A stretch of 64,000 nucleotides of DNA from Octopus sinensis. Its lineage: Eukaryota. Each line of letters starts with the position of its first letter. Positions within the stretch are counted from its first letter, which is position 1. The notes under the pieces were generated by a model. It was not told the origin of the DNA, made no database searches, and saw only the letters and a program-made list of their open reading frames with translations. Location of the stretch: positions 158,596,001-158,660,000 of the forward strand of contig NC_043000.1 of assembly GCF_006345805.1 (NCBI RefSeq). Reading direction: 5' to 3'. A program made the translations under genes and the position numbers. Shown one piece after another: positions 24,676-36,120 of the stretch.

Positions 24676-26174
24676 ACAATATTTAACAACAGAAGTGAAA
24701 TAAGGAGCTTTTTAGTAGAAATTATTCATGCATCCTAGTTATGATATTAAACTGCATCTGGTGCTGCAGCATTATTTCGAAAATTCTGGCATTGTGCAGA
24801 CCGAGGAATCACCCATTTGTTACTCTTTCTCCCGGATTTGTTCTCACCTGGAACAGTAGTGCTTGTTAGTATCCCAACTGTGAGTGAAAAAGGCTTTTTT
24901 AGCAGCAGTGAAAGCAATCAGTCTTGGAGAAGGAAACCTCCAAAACTATTAACCCCTTCCAACATTCGGAAACTACGTTCTAACTATTACTCGATTTCAT
25001 GTAACTTGGATTACTTTTTCTATTATGACCTTCCATCTTTATAACGATGATTTAGGAGGAAATCGTCTGCGATTTTAAAATGCCGAGCACCGGGACCGGT
25101 ACCCGGAAATCATTTTAATTACCTTCTGTGCTCTGCACTAGAATGTATCCCTGAACCAATAAATTAATGGAACTCAAATATAATACACCTAATCAAGACT
25201 TTTGAAATTTGACGTGAAATTTATTTGATATATAAACTTTTCTGTTAGATATTACATCAGACTACTTTTTCATTTGATTATCAACTTTATTGAATGCAAT
25301 AGTATACGTTTCTAATCTTATTATTGAACTCAACTGATTGGTTAAGACATCAAGATAAATTTTTGATAAACTATATAAAGGTGTTAAGCATTGAAAGTAT
25401 ATTATATATCATGTCACTATTGTTTGTTCATAGAGCAACATATAAAAATATATCGTATGGCACATTAGTTCAAGAGTGGTTCAGCAAGTAGCAGCTTCAC
25501 AGTTATGATTAGTTACACACCAATACCTCCTAATTCTCAACATAAATCTAGAGGATACAGCACACTGTGTTGTGTCTCCACCTTTCGCATCAAACCCAAA
25601 TAAATATAAAATAGAGAAAAATTCCTTCAGTTGATATGTAAGCACTTTGTAGCCAACACAGAAGATTACGGGTGGTGAAACTAACACGAGGTATGTCCAA
25701 GAAAATAAATCCATACTATGGAGGTACCTATCTAATGATAGTGCGCTTTCGAAGTAGAATTTCATTAACGTACACGCACACACGAACGCAATTGTACAGG
25801 CACAGACACACACTCACACACACACACACACATACACACATACATACATACACACACATACACACACACACACACAAGCACACACACACACACACACACA
25901 CAAGCGCGCGCACACACACATACACACACGGTCATTTAAATATTTCTTACCGGGAAAAACATATCAAGACGAGAGCCGAAATTTGTTGGGGATTCCAAGC
26001 CAATAATTCTACTCAGTACAACTGGGTTGATATTTTTCTTGCTTCCTACGTGACTGCATACAACAGGACATTGGTTTAACTGAGCAAATCAAAGGTGTTT
26101 CAATATCTGGGGTAGTGCATGCCTACATTCAAATTATACATGCATACATCTCAAATATGTGTGTGCACGCGCGC

Positions 26175-26250
<76 letters not shown>

Positions 26251-26459
26251 GTATACGTAATTATATATTTCTTTAACACATGGTACGACTCTACAACACT
26301 GTCTCTCTCCCCCCTCTCCTACATTTCTCTGCCTTTCACACTTTGCACTCCACTTTGATCTGTCTCTTTCTCTTTCTCTCTCTCTCTCTTCTCCTCCTCC
26401 TTTGTTCCTTGTTCCCCTTCTTTCTCTCGTCATCTGTCCCTCTTTTCCTCTCTCATCTC

Positions 26460-26623
26460 TCACACGTGACCAGCCGACCGAATGCTGGCCTTTTCGTGGC
26501 CAGCAGCCGTCGCGGCAAGACACATTTTTTCTCTCTCTCTCTCTCGCCCTAAGGCATATTTCTAACGCCAGCTCAAAATTTATTCGTCCTGTCGAAAAAA
26601 CGCTTGTCTGTGATGTCTCGTTC

Positions 26624-26655
<32 letters not shown>

Positions 26656-26930
26656 GGTTTTACGTATTTTTGTAATTTTATTTGTGTAACATCGTCCGGT
26701 TTTCCGTCCTTGTTTTGTATACATTCGAGGCTTTCTTCCAAGGAATCTAATGCGCTTGGCTTAGATTTTCCTTTGGGGCTGGCCAGATCGGAGCAATCTC
26801 AAGATTAATCAGCCGAAATTGCGAGGATGATCCGGTTCTTGACTGAAGATTGAAGGCTTCGAATGTCCCGTCCGTGTTTTTGGTATCGTCTCCTAAATGT
26901 TTTACGTTCTTGTCCCAGTTTGTATTTTTT
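26460..26930. promoter_or_regulatory. CpG-rich non-repetitive segment, possible promoter or 5' UTR
   Basis: Seven CpGs in 26461-26520 with continued CpG richness; CACGTG E-box at 26463-26468; flanked by (CT)n, (TATC)n and (TA)n. Function is inferred only. Confidence 0.25.
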
Positions 26931-26935
26931 ACATT

Positions 26936-27027
<92 letters not shown>

Positions 27028-27035
27028 TGCATACA

Positions 27036-27093
<58 letters not shown>

Positions 27094-27803
27094 CGCGCGT
27101 TTATAGACTATATATCCAGTCGGTGCAGGTAGTGAGTTGAACGGTAGAGCTTGACGATTCCGATCAGGCTCTGTGTATTCTGTCAAAAACAGCGTGACGA
27201 CATGCAAGTACATTCAGCTACTAAACTAAAAGAAAACCGTTACTCTGTCCTACCTGAGGAATGTCCATCTACTGCAAAAACGTGGACAGCATTGACTGAA
27301 GTGTAGGCTAAAGTATATATCCATGTGACTATTGAAAAATGACTACATTTCAGTCAGAATTTGGCCACTCAACATTGTTGTAGACAATTATTTACTATTA
27401 TTATTTGTTTTTTCCTACCAACACTTAGTCGCATTGAATATGTTCAAAACCATTCATTAATCAATGATTCTCTTTTGTGCTCGATTTTTTTTTATATCTG
27501 TTGAATTTTGTTTCGTGATATCTTTGAAGTAGTAGCTTGCGTTGATAAATGGTGAAATTTTGACAAGCGCTAGAATGGAGCCTCACAGGTCAAACGCTTT
27601 CTGTGACTTCGTTTCAATACTAAATTTTAGTCATTCAACAGCACACGCATTAAACGCCTACCTTCCAAACTAAGAAATGTATTTAAGTATAACAATATCG
27701 AGATTAATAATCCTGGGCTAGTGGGAAATTTCCAAATGTGACATATGCGCTTTACATTTATAAATTCATAATGTTCTGTTCCTTAGCAATAACATTTAGG
27801 TGA

Positions 27804-27869
<66 letters not shown>

Positions 27870-27960
27870 GACTACTACTACTACTACTACTACAACTACT
27901 ACTACTACTACTACTGCTGCTGCTACTGCTGCTGCAGTTGCTGCTGCTACTGCTGCTGCT
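27804..27960. repeat. (CTA)n/(CTG)n microsatellite
   Basis: Direct reading. Confidence 0.95.
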
Positions 27961-28175
27961 TCATATGATAATGAGGATAATACTAAAAATAACTCACGCC
28001 TCCCTAAAAGTAATACGGATTACCTCTACTTACCAAGGAAATAGGAGGCAAAGATTTGTTAAATGCAAAATACGTCATTGGTGCTGAAATTTGAGTCTGA
28101 AGCACTGCCTGATGAGTAGTGAAGTATTTGTGGTGAGCTATGTTGAGGAAATTAGAAATAAGGCATTTCTAATAC

Positions 28176-28364
28176 AGTTCTATATTTAAGAGATGAGGAA
28201 TTATGTACATTATTTACATAATTTACATTCTTTACATTCGACGGATATGTGTCCTCATGTTGTTTGTTGTTAGCAAAACATTTCGGCTGATACACCCTCC
28301 AGCCTTCTTCAGGTATCTTGGGTAAATTTCGAACCTGGGTTCTCATTCCTAAGGTATTCTTCGA

Positions 28365-28366
<2 letters not shown>
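28176..28366 (-). mobile_element. 3' module of SINE family C (hammerhead-like), head missing
   Basis: Reverse complement of 33125-33280 with scattered substitutions; adjoins (TTA)n at 28367-28393. Confidence 0.85.
28272..28317 (-). ncRNA. minimal type I hammerhead ribozyme-like motif (stem II intact, stem I decayed)
   Basis: GAUAC CUGAAGA A GGCUGG-AGGGUGUA-UCAGCC GAAA UGUU. Confidence 0.5.
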
Positions 28367-28393
<27 letters not shown>

Positions 28394-28395
<2 letters not shown>

Positions 28396-30826
28396 TTTTT
28401 TTTCTTCTTTCAAATTTGCATCCATTTCTTGATGAGTGTCTTCCCGACTCCTAGGGCAAAGAAACTCATAGTATACATTGGTAGGCCATTAAACCAAACT
28501 CAATAGTTCGTTCATTTTTTTTTTTTTTTTAGTTAAATTAAAATACATGAGCAGCAACAGTTCTCACATCGACAATGCTCTTCTCAATACGTGTGATGTA
28601 CCAGTTAAGACAATCTTTTGCACTTCTTGCAGGGATGGTAAGCCAGGGATCATTCTCATATAATTTTCGGTTCCCTTCTTGATCATTCCTAGTGCTCCTA
28701 CGATCACTGGTATTGTAACCGCTGTGAGATGCCACATTTTCTCAATTTCAATGAGTAGGTCTTTATATTTTCTGAGCTTGTCAAACTCTTTCGCTGAGAT
28801 ATTATGATCACAGGGGATACTCATGTCGATCAATAAGCAAACTTTATTGTTTTGGTCTTTCACAACAATATCTGGTTTATTGGCCTTGATGGTTCGGTCT
28901 GTATGTACTGGAAAGTCCCACAGAATGGTTACATTTTCTCCTTCAGTTACAGCCTCAGGGTGGTGATTATACCACTTGTCGGCAGTTTTGATATTGTAAT
29001 GCCGACTTATTAGCCAGTGGAGATATTGGCCAACTCTGTCATGTCTTAATTTATACTCCACTGGTGCTAAGACTTTACATCCAGAGATTAGGTGGTCCAC
29101 TGTTTCAATCATGTCGTTGCAGAATCGGCATTTTGGGTCTGCTCCATTTTTCATCACATTGGCCTGGTAGTTCCGGGTTAATAGGCTTTGATCTTGAGCA
29201 GCCAGGATGAAACCTTCGCTCTCTGCTTTTAGCCCTGACCTCCGTAGCCACTGATGGGTTTGCTTCTGGTCAACATCAGCTTGTTTGCTGCGGGTCACAT
29301 ATTTGCCGTGCAGAGGTTTCTCCTCCCACCTATCAGCCAATTGCTCGTGCGCTTTTTTCATTGCCATCATTTTCACCTTTTTTGCAACAATAGTTGCCGT
29401 ACTTCCCTCGGGTTGTTCAGTTTGGGTATCCTGCACGAGATCATAGCAAATTTTTTGCTTTCCTTTATGATAGAATGAAGCTTTTTTCGTCTCTCGTGAG
29501 TATCCACGAGCTTTAGCATCCAGTCATTCGATATTTCGAGATATTTGGCCAGTCTAATTGTGGTTGTTTTGCAAGCTAGTTCAAATTGGATCAGGCCTCG
29601 ACCTCCTTGGGCTCTGGGAAGGTAAAGGCGATCTACGTCTGCCTTTGGGTGGTGCATCCTATTACAACTCAGCAGCTTGCGTACTTTCCTATCTATATTC
29701 TTTACTTCACTCATATTCCAGTTCAACACATTGTAGCTATAAGTAACAACTGGAATTGCTAAGGAATTTATAGCTAACACCTTGTTACGTGCATTTAGTT
29801 CAGATTTCAGGACTGCACGAACTCTCCTATAACATTCCTTCCTGATCTTCTCTTTCATGCTTGCATGCTGAATACCAGAGCCTTCATTTATCCCTAAATA
29901 TTTGTATGTTTGTTCTTGCTCAAGCTCTCTTATGACTGTGTCAACATCTAACACGACTGAATTTGTGGTCTTCACTTTCCATTTCTGGAAAGTGGCCTTG
30001 GCACACTTCTCAAGTCCAAACTCCATCCCGATGTCATCACTGAATGCTTTCACGGTACGCAATAGGCCTTCAAGTTCATTATTGTCTTTACTATAAAGTT
30101 TTAAGTCATCCATATAAAATAGATGGCTTATTTTTTTATTGGCAATTTTATACCCATACTCTGTTCTGTTTAATTCACTTGTAAGGGGTATTAGGGCTAT
30201 ACAGAATATTAAAGGTGAAAGTGAGTCACCTTGAAAAATACCACAGTTGATGTTTATATTTTCTGAGGCAAGTACTCCATTAGAGTGGTACAATTGGAGA
30301 TTCGTATTCCACAACGACATATTGTGCTTCAGGAAGTTTGAAATCACAGGGGAAATTTTGAAGATGTCAAGCGATCTCAAGATCCATGGATGCGGTATAC
30401 TGTCGAAGGCCTTTTTATAGTCAATCCATGCGGTGCTGAGATTTCTGCGCTTGTTGTGACAGTTCTCAAGGATCATACGATTGATTAGCAGTTGATCTTT
30501 GCATCCGTAAGAGCCTCGGCGGCACCCTTTTTGTTCAATGGGGAAAATATCGTTCTTCTCCATGAATGCATATGTTTTCTCCGCCAGGATAGATGTTAGG
30601 ATTTTATACGTGGTGGATAGACAGGTATAGGCCGATAGTTTTTTGGAAGGATGGTTTCGTTATTCTTGGGAGTAGGTAAGTAATGCCACTTGCTAACCAT
30701 TCGGGTGTTTTCTTTGGGTCTCTCATAATTCCATTGAGCAGCTGAACTAGTTTACTGTGTGCGCATGGGAGCGATGCGAGCCAGAAATTCGGCACCCTAT
30801 CTTTACCGGGGGATTTCCAATTATGG

Positions 30827-30827
<1 letters not shown>
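28394..30827 (-). mobile_element. 5'-truncated R4/Dong-like LINE, lineage B
   Basis: ORFs 29373..30563 (RT: WIDYKKAFDS, GIFQGDSLSP, YMDD) and 28564..29436 (CRFC..HLISGC; KPDIVV..IDMSIP..K..KY). Clearly diverged from lineage A. The 3' end runs into (TAA)n. Confidence 0.92.
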
Positions 30828-30884
<57 letters not shown>

Positions 30885-30911
30885 TATTATTATTATTATT
30901 ATTATTATTAA

Positions 30912-30969
<58 letters not shown>
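30828..30969. repeat. palindromic microsatellite (AAT)19 followed by (ATT)n
   Basis: AAT run 30828-30884, then TTA run to 30969 with a 2-nt interruption near 30911. Confidence 0.93.
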
Positions 30970-30972
<3 letters not shown>

Positions 30973-32929
30973 TAGTTTTATTTTTATTTTTATAGCGTGC
31001 TTTCACTTCACTACCGAGCGCAGCTCTGTGTGCCTTGGGTATGTGCTGTGATTTGTTGTGATGCTCTGATGGTTATTGTATGGAAAGTTATTCTGCGTAG
31101 GATGTGTGCAGTGCCTAGTAGTGCAATTTTCTGTATGTTATATGTGTTTGTAAGTCCTGGTGTGTTTGTTATGTATTTGTCTGAATATTTTTTTATCATG
31201 CCTAATGCACCTACTATGATAGGAATTGTTTCTGTTTTCAGGTTCCACATTCTAGTTACCTCTATTTCCAGGTCTTTGTATTTTGAGAGTTTCTCCATTT
31301 CTTTTAGAGACACGTTGTCATCTTCCGGTTTTGATACATCAATTAGAAAGCATTTTTTTCTTCATGATCTCTGACAACTATATCTGGTCTGTTGGCCTTA
31401 ATTTCTCTATCTGTGTGTATCGGCATATCCCAGAGTATGGTTGCTTTCTCGTTTTCTGTGACCTTTTCTGGTGTGTGCCTATACCATCTTTTTTCTGTTG
31501 TTATTCCATAATGTTGGCATAGCTTCCAATGTATGTAGGTTCCAACTCTGTCATGTCTGTGAATATATTCCTTCTTAGCCAGGACTGGGCAGCTAGAGAT
31601 AATATGATTTATTGTTTCTTGTCCATCTCCACATATTCTGCAGTTACTTGTAATATTTCTTTTCATTACATGTTTTTGGTAATTTCTGGTGGGGAGGCTT
31701 TGGTCTTGTGCTGCAATTAAAAATCCCTCTGTTTCTGCTTTGAGTCCTGAGCTTCTCAACCATTGCTGGGATTTTTCTTTGTCTATTTTTTTGCGTTTAG
31801 TTTAGTGCAGTATCTACCATGAAAGGGTTTTTCTTGCCATCGTTTTATCATGGCTCGTTGCTGTTCTATTTTTAGTTTGGATTTCATTTGTTTTATAGCT
31901 TTTGTTGTTTCTTCATCATCTTCTTCTTCTTCTTTGTGTTTATTAGGTGGTATGATTTCTTGTTTGTATTTGTCAGCTTCCTTAAATACTGAGAACAGTT
32001 TTTTGTTTTGCTCGTATTTTGCTGCTATCTGGATGAATTTTCCTTCCTTCTGAAGTAGGTATTTCTGCAGTCCTATGGTGGTTATTTTATAGTAGTTTTC
32101 CAGCTGTATAAGGCCTCTACCACCTTCTATACGTTGTATATATAGTCTTTCTATGTCAGATTTTGGGTGATGCATCCTAGATCCTGTCAGTATTTTTCTT
32201 GTTTTCCTATCTATTTTGGACAGTTCATTTCGTGTCCAGTTAAGGATATTGTAGCTGTAACTTATAACTGGGACAGCTAAAGTGTTGATACCTATTATCT
32301 TGTTTTTAGCATTGAGCTCTGTTTTTAGTATTGATCTAACTCTTCTATAATATTCTTTTTTTATTTCCTCTTTCATTTGTGTGTGTTGTGTCTTATCTAG
32401 TTCATGGATTCCTAAGTATTTGTAAGTTTGGCTTTGGTCTAATTCTTTTATTTCATTGGTTTTATCTAGTGTGATGTTGTTACTCTTAACTAGTTTTCCT
32501 CTTTTCATGGTTACTTTGGCGCATTTTTCTAATCCAAATTTCATATCTACTTCTTTGGTAAATCCAGGAACTGTCTTTAATAGTGTTTCCAGCTGTTTGT
32601 CATTTGTAGCGTATAGTTTTAGGTCATCCATATATAAAAGGTGGCTGATCGTTTTGCCGTAACATTTATATCCGCATCCAGTTCTATTTAGCATATCAGA
32701 TAGAGGTGACAGTGCCAATCAGAAAAGGAGTGGAGAGAGCGTGTCTCCCTGGAATATTCCTCTTCTAATGGGGATGTCTTTGGTTTTCATGAGTCCCTCT
32801 TTTGTTTGGAGGTGTAGGACTGTTTGCCATTTATTCATAGAGTGCTCTATGAATTTTATGATTGTTGGTGCTACTTTGTTAATGGCTAGTGTTTCGAGGA
32901 TCCATGTGTGGGGGATGCTATCAAACGCC

Positions 32930-32932
<3 letters not shown>
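30973..32932 (-). mobile_element. 5'-truncated R4/Dong-like LINE, lineage A
   Basis: Near-identical to 13798-15755 with the same 3' end GCACGCTATAAAAATAAAAATAAAACTA. (TAA)n on both sides in element sense; AAA microhomology at the 5' junction. Confidence 0.93.
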
Positions 32933-32965
<33 letters not shown>

Positions 32966-32980
32966 GTTGTTGTTGTTGTT

Positions 32981-33077
32981 CACGGGCATATGGCCTAGTG
33001 GTTAAGAGTGCGGGCTACTAGCCCCAAGATTTCGAGTTCGATTCCAAGCAGTGACCTGAACAATAATAATAATAATA

Positions 33078-33127
<50 letters not shown>

Positions 33128-33280
33128 TCGAAGAATACCTTATGAATGAGAACCCAGGTTCGAAATTTACCCAAGACACCTGAAGAAGGCTGGAGGGTAT
33201 ACCAACCGAAATGTTGTGTTAACAACAAACAAGATGAGGACAAATGTCCGTCGAATGTAAAGAATGTAAATAATGTAAAT
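32981..33280 (+). mobile_element. SINE family C: tRNA head + (AAT)n + hammerhead-like 3' module
   Basis: A box TGGCCTAGTGG 32991-33001, B box GAGTTCGATTCC 33034-33045, (AAT)n 33062-33124, 3' module shared with 28176-28366, ending in (AATGTAAA)-type repeats. Confidence 0.82.
33175..33220 (+). ncRNA. minimal type I hammerhead ribozyme-like motif
   Basis: Stem I GACAC/GUGUU, core CUGAAGA, stem II GGCUGG/CCAACC (one mismatch), GAAA, then U-G-U-U, a loopless palindromic stem III as in Penelope-type minimal hammerheads. Confidence 0.55.
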
Positions 33281-33284
33281 ATTG

Positions 33285-33426
33285 CATTTCTTAATTTCTC
33301 AGAGAGAGTTATGCAGTAGCAGCACGACAAAGTGATGGTTTGTTGCCAACTTAATGTGACAGTCCCAGAGCAGTAGTATTCTCCCCCTTTCTGGGACTGC
33401 TACATTAAATTGACAAGAAACCATCA
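33285..33426. mobile_element. relative of the CATTTC-TIR MITE with internal 36-bp hairpin
   Basis: 33285-33365 aligns with 2873-2950; arms 33333-33368 and 33390-33426 are inverted repeats. Confidence 0.6.
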
Positions 33427-33974
33427 ATTTATAATGAAGAAGTTACTGTAGAGTTCAGGAACTGTCAGTAAATACGACTTGACATATGACTGGAATTTGA
33501 AGAAGACTTGAAACACACCGAGTGTTCTGAAAGAGAATAATCCGAAGTATGACTGTGGGTATGAGAGAACTCGAAGCAAGAACCGAAATCGTAGGTCGTA
33601 TCAACTTGAAAGCAAACGATAAGTAATTGATAAATACAAAGATTGATAGAAATCAGTAACTGAGTGAAAAGAGAAAATGTGGGGTAAAGGACAGTAGTAT
33701 TAACCACCACATCAGCGAATGCAATAATTTAGAACAATGGAGTTTAAAGCAAACATGGCTGTGTCGGTAGGTCAGTACCTTGCGATGTTAGCCAAATTTG
33801 TGGATTGGAACCGATGGAGAGTTGTAGAAGCCCGACGCTGTGATGTCGATGGTTAAAGAAATGATTTTACGTGATATATCCGCAGAGAGTTTATATTTAT
33901 TCAATGTGACAAAAGGAAAAAAAAACAACAAAGCAATGCCAAAGAGCATAAACTTTGTAATAACATATTTTTTC

Positions 33975-34268
33975 TTATAATCATCTTCATTATTGTTCAA
34001 CCGTTGTCGAGACAATGGAATTTACCATGCTACGCCAGACTTCACGGTCCATCATGGCATTACGGAGGTCCTGTTGCTGGATGCCTGTATCCCTGGAGAT
34101 TACATCAGGGCAGGAGAGTGTGCGCCCTCTGGTATTGCGAGTAGATGGCCTCCAGAGGAGAAGAGTAGAAATTACCTCTTTTTCAGCTCTACAATAATGT
34201 CCAGCAAACTGGATTCTCTTACCTTTCACAAGAGATGACACAGGTGGTAGTTTCCCATATATTTGCAT
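33975..34268 (-). mobile_element. RTE-clade LINE 3' fragment
   Basis: ORF 33990..34268: RIQFAGH..R...LLW.P...RGR...D.I..D.....AMMDREVWR, the typical RTE C-terminus; short TGA/TAA tail. Confidence 0.8.
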
Positions 34269-34587
34269 TTCTTATAATAGTTAACTACATATCAAGCAAA
34301 TTAAGAAATGTCAGGATCTAGCCTGAGAGATGAAGAGGCTATAAAATCATAAATATAAAAACCCTTCGCGCGGTAAATGATGAGCTCTGTAAGCTCTGTA
34401 AGCGGCTGAAATATATGGAACTGAGATATATATTGTCCCTCAGCAGAAAAGCGACATTTTGTATTCTGCAAGTATCCGAAGTATCACTATGGATATGAGA
34501 GATCTTGTCCTCCAACCTCAATACACCATAACTAGAAATAAAATTTAACATACCCCTATTGAACAACAACAATAAATACTACAAGAC

Positions 34588-34682
34588 TTGTTGTTGTTGT
34601 TGATGTTCTTCTTCTTCTTCTTCTTCTTCTTCTTCTTCCATGTTGTTGTTGCAGCAGCAGGTGCAGCAGCAGCAGCAGCAGT

Positions 34683-34729
<47 letters not shown>

Positions 34730-34937
34730 AAGAAGAAGAAAAAGAAGAAGATAGAAGAAGAAGAATAAGTAGAAGAAAAAGATAGAAGAAGAAGCAGAAG
34801 AAGAAAAGAAGAAGAAGAAGAAGAAGAAGAAGAAGAAAAAGAAGAAGAAGGAGAAGAAGAAGAAGAAGAACTAAAAGAAGAAGAAGAAGAAAAGAAGAAG
34901 AAGAAGAAGAAGAAGAAGAAGAAGAAGAAGAAGAAGA
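34588..34937. repeat. compound (TTG)/(CTT)/(CAG)/(TAG)/(GAA) microsatellite
   Basis: Direct reading. Confidence 0.95.
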
Positions 34938-34948
34938 GGCAACAGCTG

Positions 34949-35150
34949 TGAGGTGGTGATCTGGCAGAATTAGAAACATGCTTTGAGTCATTTGTTCTGG
35001 TGTTTGCGTTCTCAGTTTAAAAACCCATGAAGACCTTTTTGCTTTTTTGTTCTTCTTGGGTTGATAAGATAGGATCATCAGCCAAATACCGAGATTGATT
35101 TGATACAATCTACATACCCTCTTCTGTCAAAATCGTTGGCATCGTGCCTA
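34949..35150 (+). mobile_element. highly degenerate SINE family A
   Basis: GAGGTGGTGATCTGGCAGAA...GCGTTCTCAGTTTAAAAACCC...GGGTTGATAAGATAGG loosely follows family A. Confidence 0.5.
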
Positions 35151-36071
35151 TGCCAGAAAGCATTCTTATTTTTAGACGCACTTTTAGTTATGGAGACGAT
35201 TGTCTATTTTCTTTCACCAGTACACTTGTTGCTAAATCTATATGAAAATATTTATATGACGTTAGTTGTCGGCATCTTTAATTAGAGACATGTTTTCAAC
35301 TGTTGGAATTAATGCAGTGATTAGGAGATGTTTTGTAACTATGAAATCTTGATACGAGAAGTCTTAAATCTTCTCGTATCTCATAATACTGTCAAAATGT
35401 TCAATATATGAGTCCAGCCATATTTTCTATTTTCTTCATGTACAATATGACGGAGTGGTGCATTCCAAGAGATCTTAATATTGTATATTTTTTTGTTCTC
35501 TCTTGGTGTTACGAATTCAACTATCTTCCAGTTAATATAGAAGTGATTTTGTAACAGCTGAAGAATTTAAAACGTTTCTCTTATTATGATCTATTGCTTT
35601 TATGGTGTTCCACCTACCCATTTTCTCTTTCACTCTATTGAAAAACATGCATGGAATTGTAAGTCGATATTTAAGAACGGTTATAAACGTCTGGCTATCA
35701 AACGTTGTGTGAGAGAGAGAGAGAGAATATCTCAATAGTATTTACTGATGCTATTTCCATAAAGAAGCATTTATATTATATATAGGCGACTTTAATCGAA
35801 TTTCATTTTTCTGCTCCAATATTTACTTAGCAAATGTTTAAAATATTGGTAAAATGCATGTGTTAGTATGGTTTGATAGCTGGAAGAATATGTTATGAAG
35901 CGCGTTTTAAGACCCATAGGGATATCATCAATTTTTACTACTATTCATATCGGACACATTTAACTTATACAAATTTTCAGTATACCAATGTTGAATAAAC
36001 TGATGCCCTCGCAGGTTATTCCAGAATTAATATTCTTTTCTATACGAGATCTTCTGTGTTTAGTTTTAATA

Positions 36072-36120
36072 CAGGCATCCCCCGCATTAAGGACAAGTTT
36101 GTTCCTGAAAATATTGCGTA
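36072..36120 (+). mobile_element. possible solo pogo/Tigger-type terminal repeat
   Basis: TA|CAGGCATCCCCCGCATTAAGG resembles Tigger TIRs; no partner end or transposase found. Confidence 0.3.

Noticed and set aside
27254-27292. CUGAGGA followed by a 6-bp stem (TGTCCA/TGGACA)
   Set aside because: The stem is followed by GCAU, not GAAA; at best a decayed motif and not supportable.
28109-28150. CUGAUGA hammerhead core
   Set aside because: No stem II closed by GAAA and no stem I pairing.
32985-33055. tRNA gene (also 53555-53625)
   Set aside because: A/B boxes are present but the acceptor stem is not convincing and each continues into a repeat body; treated as SINE heads.
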